The notes under the pieces are model-generated. The model did no database searches, was not told the origin of the DNA, and was given only the letters and a program-made list of their open reading frames with translations. Of a stretch of DNA of 64,000 nucleotides, positions 40,501 through 51,800 are shown one piece after another; the stretch's first letter is position 1, and each line of letters begins with the position of its first letter. This stretch comes from Macrostomum lignano (taxonomy: Eukaryota): contig NIVC01000522.1 in assembly GCA_002269645.1 (NCBI GenBank), positions 124,001 to 188,000 of the forward strand. Direction: 5' to 3'. The translations under genes and the position numbers were made by a program.

Positions 40501-42674
40501 GCAGCTCTTCCAGCTGGGATTTCAGATCGCGGTTCTGCTGCAGAGCCCGGGACAGGCAGCTGCGATCCGACTGCACCGAGTCCGACAGCCGCTGCTGGTC
40601 AGCCTTGGCCGAGCGCATCTCGCCGCGGAGTCGCTCGCACGCGGCTTCCCGATCTTCCACCTGGGATGTGGAGAGGAGATGGGCTGACAGTGCTCAGTGA
40701 AGCTCGAGTCTCTATTAGCGGAGACTGTATATGATGGTTGATAAATCGTTTCTAGACTGATGGTTGCTAGGCTTATTGGTGGTTGCTAGGCTTATTGGTG
40801 GTTGCTAGGCTTATTCATGGTTGCTAGGCTGATTGATGGTTGCTAGGCTGACTGATGGTTGCTAGGCTGATTGATGGTTGCTAGGCTGACTGATGGTTGC
40901 TAGGCTGATTTATCGTTGCTAGGCTGATTTGTGGTTGCTAGGCTGATTGGTGGTTGCTAGGCTGATTTGTGGTTGCTAGACTGATGGTTGCTAGGCTGAT
41001 TGATGGTTGCTAGGGCGATTGAGGGAAGGCTGATGCTATGAGCAACATAATCCCAATGCTCAACTCAGTTCGAATTCCCACCAAAGAGATCACCCACCAT
41101 CTCCAACAGCCGCTGTCGTTCCTCAGCCTCAGCGTCTCTCAGCTTCCCAGCCTCATCAGCCTGAGCCTTCAGCTGTTGAACGCTGGCCAGAGCTGCATTT
41201 TCGGCCTCTCTAGCGGCTGCAAGCTGATCGGCCAGTCCGGCCAGTTCGCCCTCAAGTTCGGCCGTGCGGTTCACCAGCTGGCTTCGCTCGGTGGTCAGGG
41301 TGCTCACCTGAGCACGAAGCTGCTTGGCCTCGGCGCCCAGACGGTTGGTGTACTCGCGGTACTGCTCGGCTAGGCTGTCCCGCTCGCTTGTCAGCTGAGC
41401 CAGGCGCTCCGTTAAGTCCGCATTCGCCGACTGCAGTTCAACCACCGCCGCCCGGCCGTCTCGGTCCCGACTGGCGCCCAGCTGGTGCAGCTGCACTCCG
41501 GCGAGTTCCAGCTGGCGGCGAAGGTCGCGAACCTGCGGCGGGAGATGAGTGCGGACTGAGATATGACCATGAGGCACTAGAAACTAGAAACCTGTCTGCC
41601 TAGCAACCAGATTATATGAATTGACTAGTAATCTATCATCAGCCTAGCAACAAGAAATCAGCCTAGCAACCATCAATCAGCCTAGCAACCATCAATCAGC
41701 CTAGCAACCATCAATCAACCTAGCAACCATCAATCAGCCTAGCAACCATCAATCAGCCTAGCAACCATCAATCAGCCTAGCAACAATTAATCAGCCTAGC
41801 AACCATCAATCAGCCTAGCAACCATTAATTAGCCTAACAATCATCAATCAGCCTAGCAACAATTAATCAGCCTAGCAACCATCAATCAGCCTAGCAACCA
41901 TCAATCAGCCTAGCAACCATCGATCAGCCTTGCAATCACCTATCAGCCTAGCAACCATAAATCATCTTAGCAACAATCAATCAGCCTAGCAACCATCAGC
42001 TAAACTATCTAATTCCCAAATGAATCTCACCTGCTCCTCAAGTCCTTGAGCCGCTTGAGTCTTAGCTGCCAATCGAGCCCTCAGCTCCTTGGCTGCCTGT
42101 TCAAGCTCAACTCTGTCCGAACTCAGCCTAGCAACTTCAGCGCGCAGTCTCTCAGCCTCCTTAGCCAGCTCGCGGCCTCCAGAATTCAACTGAGATGTGG
42201 CCTGCTCCGCTGCGGCCTGCGCCTTCTCGGCCTCAGCTTGGCGAGCCTTGGAGAATTTTTGTTTGTAAGAACTCTGTGAGTGTGCGCTTATTGAGTAATT
42301 CTCTATCTGGCAGACTGCCAGCTCACCTTAGCTGCCCTCACTCGCTCCTGCGCTTCGGTGAGCTCCGACAGCCTCTGCTGGCACATCCGCTGGGCGTGAG
42401 CCAGTTGAGTAGCCAATTCCGTCTTCTCAGCCACCAGCATGCCGATTGTCTGCGCCTGGCTGGCCTGCTGCTCCCTGGCCGACTGCAGCTCGCGCCGGTG
42501 CCGCTCCTCTGAGGAGGCCAGCTCGGCTGATAGAGAGGCCTGCGGGTGCGGAGTAGGCTTGGAGTGGCCTCTCTGTACATGTGTCTCTCTTTCTGTTTGT
42601 GCCTGCCTGTCTGCTTCTACATGTCTGTCTGTCTGTTTCTACCTGTCCGTCTGTCTGTTTGTTTCTACCTGTCC

Positions 42675-42708
<34 letters not shown>

Positions 42709-42807
42709 ATGTCTGCCTGTCTGTCTGTCTGTCTGTCTGTCTGTCTGCCTGTCTGTCTGTCTGTCTATCTGTCTGTCTGTATGTCTGCCTGTCTGTCTGT
42801 CTGTCTA

Positions 42808-42856
<49 letters not shown>

Positions 42857-45800
42857 GTTATCGCACTGCCTGTGTATCTCAATATCTCAGTGCCTCGAGT
42901 ACCAACCTGAACTCGTTGCAGCTGATCTTTATACAGAGCCTGCGACCTCTTGGACTGCTCCAGAGCTTCTGTCCGCTTCTCCAGAATGCTGGCCAATTCC
43001 ACATTGCGCCGCTCCAACGACTGCTGCTGCTGGGCCAGCTGGGCCGTCTGCTGGTCTGCGGAATTGTTAAGTTTGAAATTCAGAAATCACAAGGCTTCAG
43101 ATGAATTTAGCTGGTTAGTTTTACGCTACTGATAGTAGAAATTAAAGGGGAAAAACTTTAAAAGAAAAAGGGGATAGCTCACCAGGACTATCCCAGGACA
43201 TGATGCCATTAATCTGCTGGCTAAGCTGCATCAGGCTCTCTGTGGCGCCGCTCACAGATGCTGTGTCGGAGACGTCTGCAACGTCGACTTGTTCAATAGC
43301 GGCACCAGACGCGGCCGCTGCTGCTGCTGAAGCTGCTGCTGCTGAAGGTTCGTGACTGCCATTCGATTCCACTATGCTGGATGGTGGAGCGTCTCCATTG
43401 CCGCTCAGTTCTGTTGCTGAAGGTTCCTGCTGCTGCTGCTGATGATGATGATGAGGCGGAGGCTGAGGCGGCAAAGACGAAGCGGTATCCTCAGCTGGTT
43501 GAGGAACTGCTGCTGCTTCTGCTGCGGGGTCGGCAGCCGATGGGGCGGAGCTGTTCGGTCGGCGCTGCTTTGACTTCGTTGACGAGCCGCCGCCTCCTGC
43601 TGCGCCGTCTTTTTGATCGCGGAATTTTTGCAACTGTTTTTATGAGGGTGACATTGGAGGGAGATTTGTGCAATAGCGGAGACATCCACTCGTTTGTGAC
43701 TGCTGACAGCTCTGCTGAGAATATGGGAGGCTGTGGCCCAGCAACCGAGGATCTGGGAGGCTGTGGCCCAGCAACTGAGGATCTGGGAGGCTGTGGCCCA
43801 GCAACCGAGGATCTGGGAGGCTGTGGCCCAGCAACTGAGGATCTGGGAGGCTGTGGCCCAGCAACTGAGGATCTGGGAGGCTGGCCCAGCAACTGAGGAT
43901 CTGGAAGGCTGTGGCCCAGCAACTGAGGATCTGGGAGGCTGTGGCCCAGCAACTGAGGATCTGGGAGGCTGTGGCCCAGCAACTGAGGATCTGGGAGGCT
44001 GGCCCAGCAACTGAGGATCTGGGAGGCTGTGGCCCAGCAACTGAGGATCTGGGAGGCTGTGGCCCAGCAATGAGGATCTGGAGGCTGGCCCAGCAATTAA
44101 AGATCTGGGAGGCTGGCCCAGCAACTGAGGATCTGGGAGGCTGGCCCAGCAACCGAGGATCTGGGAGGCTGTGGCCTAGCAACTGAGGATCTGGAAGGCT
44201 GTCCCAGCAACTGAGGATCTGGGAGGCTGGCCCAGCAACTGAGGATCTGGGAGGCTGGCCCAGCAACTGAGGATCTGGAAGGCTGGCCCAGCAACTGAGG
44301 ATCTGAGAGGCTGGCCCAGCAACTGAGGATCTGGGAGGCTGGCCCAGCAACTGAGGATCTGGGAGGCTGGCCCAGCAACTGAGGAGTAACTGAGGATCTG
44401 GCTGTGGCCCAGCAACTGAGGATCTGGGAGGCTGGCCCAGCAACTGAGGATCTGGGAGGCTGGCCCAACAACTGAGGATCTGGGAGGCTGTTGCCCAGCA
44501 ACCGAGGATCTGGGAGGCTGGAAGTCGTATAGCCAAATGATAAAAATAAACAATATTAAATAATAAAATTTGATTGAAGTGACAAAGTAAAGGTTGTTTT
44601 ACTAATGTTTTTAAATTATACTATTCTAGAAAGTTTCAACACTGACTTGCAAGTAGCCTATGAGGAGCTACGTTACATACATACAGACAAACAAGATTTA
44701 GTTTATTGAGATTATATATTCTATCTGCAAAAATATTTTGCTTGTAATACCAATATATGGATAAGTGTAGTTCCAAATTCAATTTTTGGAAGCTTCATTT
44801 CAAAAATTCTAAAATTTTCAAGTACTATAAAATGACATGACCAAGACTAGTTATGGTTTATTAGATGGGTTTATGAACTCTGCTCCACTTGCATTGCGAA
44901 TAACATCATGCTGCTGAACTGCTTGCGCTTGGTTGTCAGCAGCCATATATTTGATGTAAACAGCTCCGGATGGGCAGCCCTAATATGAACTTCAACGAGG
45001 AGCCCAGCGACTATGGAGATGTTAATGACCAAACATTCAAAACCAACAAGCTGCCTGACACCAACGAGCAGCTGCTGCCTGACACCAACGAGCAGCCACT
45101 GCCTGACACCAATGAGCAGCCACTGCCTGACACCAACGAGCAGCCACTGCCTGACACCAATGAGCAGCCACTGCCTGACACCAACGAGCAGCTGCTGCCT
45201 GACACCAACGAGCAGCCACTGCCTGACACCAATGAGCAGCCACCGCCTGACACCAACGAGCAGCTGCTGCCTGACACCAACGAGCAGCCACTGCCTGACA
45301 CCAATGAGCAGCTGCTACCTGACACAAATGTGCAGCCACTGCCTGACACCAATGAGCAGCCACTGCCTGACACCAATGAGCAGCCACTGCCTGACACCAA
45401 TGAGCAGCCACTGCCTGACACCAATGAGCAGCCACTGCCTGACACCAACGAGCAGCTGCTGCCTGACACCAACGAGCAGCCACTGCCTGACACCAATGAG
45501 CAGCCACTGCCTGACACCAACGAGCAGCCACTGCCTGACACCAATGAGCAGCCACTGCCTGACACCAACGAGCAGCTGCTGCCTGACACCAACGAGCAGC
45601 CACTGCCTGACACCAATGAGCAGCCACTGCCTGACACCAACGAGCAGCTGCTGCCTGACACCAACGAGCAGCCACTGCCTGACACCAATGAGCAGCTGCT
45701 GCCTGACACAAATGTGCAGCCACTGCCTGACACAATGAGCAGCCACTGCCTGACACCAATGAGCAGCCACTGCCTGACACCAATGAGCAGCCACTGCCTG

Positions 45801-48800
45801 ACACCAATGAGCAGCCACTGCCTGACACCAAGAGCAGCCACTGTCTGACACAAATGAGCAGCCACTGCCTGACACAAATGAGCAGCCACTGCCTGACACC
45901 AATGAGCAGCCACTGCCTGACACAAATGTGCAGCCACTGCCTGACACCAACAAATGAATCTAACTTTTATCGCACTTTGACTCTACATCTTACAGCTTAA
46001 TAATCGTCATTAATAGTAATTGAATAACAGGGGTCGGTGATATGGACTGGGTTAACCTGACAGATTCTTCTTTCAAAGATGTATTGCAGTTGGCTCATAA
46101 TTTGTCAGAATTTGAATCTGGGGGAAATTTGTTGGATTCAACTAAGAATTTTTCAGAATCTGCTGACGATTTGTCAGAATCTGCTGACGATTTCTCAGAA
46201 TCTGCTGACGATTTCTCAGAATCTGCTGACGATTTGTCAGAATCTGCTGACGATTTGTCAGAATCTGCTGACAATTTCTCAGAATCTGCTGACGATTTTT
46301 CAGAATCTGCTGACAATTTCTCAGAATCTGCTGACGATTTGTCAGATTCTGCTGACGATTTGTCAGATTCTGCTGACGATTTGTCAGAATCTGCTGACGA
46401 TTTGTCAGAATCTGCTGATGATTTGTCAGATTCTATTACCGCCAAAGATTAAGATTCAATCAATGTCTCACATCTCTGCAACTACAAGATCCTTAGATCT
46501 GACAGATGCAGCAATAAAATCTGAGTTTCTATGAAGAGCAGAGGGGAAGATGAGGGGAGGAAGGGGAGGGGAGGAAGGAGAAAAGAATTTGGTAAAATTT
46601 TGGTATTCTGCACTATCTAAACATCATGATTTGCCAGTTTGCAAGTTTTCAAATTATTAGAAATAGAAATAACTTCAGTGTTTGTTCAAAAGTTGTTAAT
46701 CAATAGAGATGGATTAGTACCAGTTTGCAAATTATTAATGACACCTCCTGCATTGATGATTGGTGGAGTAGCCAAATTGCTGGTTGTGATGGCATCATAG
46801 AGAAAATGAATATGAACAGAAGTGGCTAAGATTCTACTTTGGTCAAGCTGACCAATTTGAGTTGCCAGCAGCTTTAAAGGTGAAAAAAGCAATCATCAAT
46901 CCTCCCAGCACATGATCAGATTGCTTCATGTACGCATGTCTTGCTGTACTGCACGATGGTAATACCAATTTGTGAAATAATCTTAACAGGCTTTCAACTT
47001 ACTAACACTGGTTGTCTGAAATCAATCTGAAAGGAATTTCCTTACCAGTTGGATTAAATCGGCAACTAAACCAAATTGAAGCACAGAATCCAACTTTGTG
47101 CTTTGTTTTTTGTGGTCAGCCACTAATGCTATCAGTGTATTAAGATAGCCATGAGTTGACATTGCCCATGTTTGCGAAGTCATTTTGCTCCTGCTGCTAA
47201 CTAAGTAAGATATTGACTAGGAGAGCCATAGTGCAATTTAGATTAACTAATAATGACATGTTTTACAAAAACTTTGCCAAAAAATTATACTACATGCATT
47301 AGAGATCTAAATCTTTGCTAGGAATTAGGATTATGTGCTAGTGCATTAGGGACCCCTTGCGCGCAATGTGATTATGTACCAAGAGCATTGTGGATCCCCT
47401 GAGTGCATTGCAATTGAGTGTCAAGTGCATCTTGGACCCTTTGTTGTGCACTAGACTTTTTCATGGCAAAGGCCATTTTCTTGACTATAGAGTAAGAGAA
47501 AAAATATGCTGGAATTTTCTAACATGAAGGCCACCTTTTGGGCTATAGGCTAGACTATCGTTGCAACACAAGACTCACTCAGCAACAATGCCAATGTCAA
47601 GAACATTAAAAAGTGGAGTTAGATTAGTCATGAAATATACCATGCCCAGCAGCAAAAATAGCAGCAACAGCAACACTATTACAACCATATCGGCATCAAG
47701 GAGAATGGCAACTGCCATCTCTGTGTTGAAGAAGTCAACCAATTCCACCTTTTCAACTGCCCAGCCTTGGACACCCAACACTACTCATGGCATCACTGGA
47801 TTGTGTCATCTCACTTGTGCCAATATGGTGGCACTTCTCCTAGGGGCCATTGGCTAGTGTCCCCTTTAGGAGAGGCTCACTACACTTAACAACAATAGTA
47901 GCAGCAGCAACAGATTGCACTAGACTATTAGTCTATCCATCTCGACGATGTTGGCGAGGAGGAGAAAGCGAGGATCGTCCTGCCGAAGAGTCTCAACGCC
48001 ACGGTGTTTGGCGACCTGCATGGTTTGTCCTACTGCAGACACATGGGCCGAGACCTCACCATTGCGAAGGTGCACGGAAGGTTCTGGCGACCTGCCTTGG
48101 CAAAAGCAGTGTCAGACTATGTCGCTTCCTGCCAGACCTGCACCTAGAGCAAAGGACAGTGACGAATCCCAGCGCATGTACAATCGTTTCCGGTCTGCGA
48201 AATCTATGGGCGAAGCGCTATCGACATCCTGGGCCCCACTGGAGACCCGACAGACTGCAGCAACAAGTACATCCTGACCTACATCGATACTACATTGAAA
48301 TATCCCTTTGCCTTTGCCATGAAGAATCAGCGCGCCAAGATGATAAGAACTCTCCTGCAAGAGCAAGTCTTCCCGATCACCGGAATCCCCACATGGATCC
48401 ATTCGGACCAAGGCAAGCAGTTTACAGGGCATGAGTTTTGACATTTCTGCGAAGTCTATGGCATTCGATAAACCACGATGCCGCCATACTCGCCTTGGGC
48501 CAATGGGCAAGCTGAATCGTGCAATAAGAACATCAAGAAGGTGCTCACTTGTCTCCTAGAAGATCATCAGCAATGGGACAAGATGCTGCCAGCCGCTCTG
48601 ACAGCCTTAAGATCAGCTGTCAACTGTACGACGGATTTCTCGCCACACTACGTGGTCTATGGAGTGCCCTATTGATATCCGATCGATATTACCCTAGATT
48701 GCCTGGACGTATCGCCTGACCTACCCGAGTACATTGCAAAGCATCAGCGCAGACTGGCCGAGATTGAAAGGATTGTGCGACAAAGATTGTGAGCCAAGAT

Positions 48801-51800
48801 CCAGTGCTGCAAAGAGTATTACAAGAACCGACCCAAGCCCATGGAACTGCAGCCTAGAGACCTTGTCTGCCTAGCTAACCCGAAGCTTGAATTGGGAGAG
48901 CTGCCCAAATTCCACCAACTGTACGAAAGTATGTACAAGGTCGTGAGGAAAGTTGGCAAAGTAGCCTACTGGATCAAACTGGCAACAGCCCGGAAAGGAC
49001 ACCCAGCTGAGATGTTAGTGCATTGTAACAACATTATCAAGGTGCCACAGATGATGGCAGACTGACTGCAAGAGCCACCGCACCAAACTGAGTGGCCTAT
49101 GCTGCCCTACAAGTCCAGTGATAAAAGCAAAGCCGACCCCGCCGATCAGTCTGCTCTAGAACAGCCAGCCACAGCTAAGCCTGACTTGCGAGGCAGCTAG
49201 CTGTTTGAGTCGAGCCTCCATCATCCGGAAGTGCTGCCCAAAGGCGACTCGGATCTGCCCAATATTGGCATTTACTAGCAAATTTGTTATTGTGCCTAAT
49301 AGCTAATTTACGATGCGCATTATTAGTAGTTGTCAAGTTGGCGAACACGTTTTGATTTTTATTTGCTGTAAGCTTTCTTTGCACTTATTCTGTGCTGAAA
49401 GCAGCATTTTCATTTTCTGTTCAGTTTAATTGTACTTCCTTATGCTTGAGAGCATAAGGACTTATGCTTATAAGTCCTTATGCCCACTTAATACGGCCCA
49501 CTTAATTGTAATTACCTTATGCTTCAGGGATAAAAGCAGTTAGTTTGGCTGTTTTCCTTGTTTTCCGGCTAAAAGCAATGTATATTTCGAATAGTTTTTA
49601 GTGCTCATATATAGTGTGATTTTGCTATTATCCAACGCAATTTGTTAATCCGCACCCTTGTGCTCAACATTTATCCCTATGCTTTCTGGCAAAAGCTAGC
49701 ACTATGCAATTATATTTAAACAATGCATCAATATTTAATCAATGCAATACAATATAATCATTGCATAATTGCATTCATCTGATTTTGTGAATCCCCGTTT
49801 TCTTGTAAGCTTCTTTGCACACAATTAAAGTGCAAAAGTACCCCCCTTTTTTCTTGCCTTATGCTTTTGGGAGAAAAGCAGTGAATTTTGTAAACTTTGC
49901 AGTTTGATTAAAACTGAAGGTACGAGTATTTCTTTCCAGTTTGCAAGCCCACTGTCTAAGGGCCAAATTGTCTTCTGCCCTGCTTAGTCAAGCTGCCCCA
50001 GTTTCAGGCTTTGTCCCCAGTGGAGGGCATTTGAGGTGACTCAACCCCCTGCTCTTTGTTTGATTTTGCTCAAGCCTGGAAACTCTGTGAGGGCCGCCAA
50101 CTTGGCTCCTCTGTCCTAGCACCAGTTGTTGCCCCTGTTTCATTGTAACTCCTTATGGAGCCCCCAACATGCTATATTGTTAGCTAACCTAATTTTATTC
50201 ACATATTATCATTAGTAAGGAGCCCACAATTGCTTCCTTGCTTTTCTTATTTTGACAACTGTTTATGTGCTATTCAGCTTTTTCTAACCACCCCTACTTG
50301 ATGTGAGCCATTAAAGGCACTCCCAATTCATTCTAACTTGAACCCTTTCTGTGGTTATTTATCTGTTTTATTACTCCCTAATATATATAATAGGGAGTAA
50401 TATAATCTGTTTATTACTCTCTTTTAATACACCCTAATTCCAGGCCTACACACAAGCCATGGAAAAGGGCATACAAATTGATACACCATGGTGGCAACTC
50501 TATGGCCTGATGCCACTGGCCTCCACCCGCGACTTATTAGATGAGCAGCTGAGCTGAGCTGAGGAACACCTCCAACAAAAGGGACAGTCCCAACAAGCCT
50601 TAGCACTGTTCCTTGCACTAGCCTATCTAGAGGCCAGTCATCTGCAAGACGGCTAGTTCCCACAACTAAGGGAATTTTGGGATGCAGCTGTCGAGAAGTT
50701 TCTAGAGCATCTAGAGCAAATCCAAGACCAGCCTCTGGCAGCCAGCTTTGGCATTGGCCACTATGTAGCCCTGGCAGCCCCAGCCCGCCTTGGCCGATGG
50801 CGCAGAGCAAGGAACTTGCCCGGCCAACCGCGGAGGTTAAAGATCAGCTGGCTATAGACAAAACAGCAGCAGCAGTTGCTGCTAAACTTTTCTGTCATCC
50901 AGGGCTGCCTTGTACATGTGGCAGTCAGATGCCACCTCTGTTTATGCCATCTATTATTATTCATTTATAACTATCCGATTCAAATTTGCACATTAATTTT
51001 TTTCCACTGTTGGAAGGTGTCATAATTTCCCTATTCCACCAATGACTATCCCTGCAGTGAAATTTTTGTTTCCACTCCGTGAATCTACGCCTGTCAGTTG
51101 CTGGACAAAATTTGTTATTTTTCTATTTTTGCATGCATTTGAGGCCATCTAGCGCTGTGTCTAACCCACGAAAATTTGTATCCACTGCCATGCCCAACAC
51201 TTGAACCAAAGGATGACCCATTATTATCTTCATTATATATGCCATGTTCCTTTATTTTCTGCATAAACATTTTTTTCTTTTGTTTTTTTCCTTCTTTCTC
51301 AGCTTTATCCAGCTTCATCTAGTTTATTCAATTGTTAATAGTGCCCTGGCACCCCAATTCACTCGAGCAGCACTAAATATCAATACCAATTTACTGCCTG
51401 CTTCCTAATTAATAGTATTTAATAAATAATATTGAATAAATCACTAATTTCCACCATATTTATTTGTTGATCCATAAGCCATAGCCTATATTGAGTCATT
51501 TGCCTATAGGGCATAAAAAAATCAAAGTTCTTAACTCAAAGAAAGCTCTGATACTTAATTGTTCTATAATATGTAAATTATGGTGGTGGCAGCTTAACCC
51601 TTTTAAAAGTAATTAGCTCAACTGATCAACACATTAATTTAGTGTCAGAATCTATAGTGTCTACCATTTGAACAACCCTGTCGTTACACAACCACTCAGC
51701 TACGATTACGACTACCCTCCCCCTAGAACTTGAGGACCCTGGCAGTTGGAGTAAAACAGGAGAAGGAATTCCGTCATGATTTGTCTGCACGATTTCTGGA

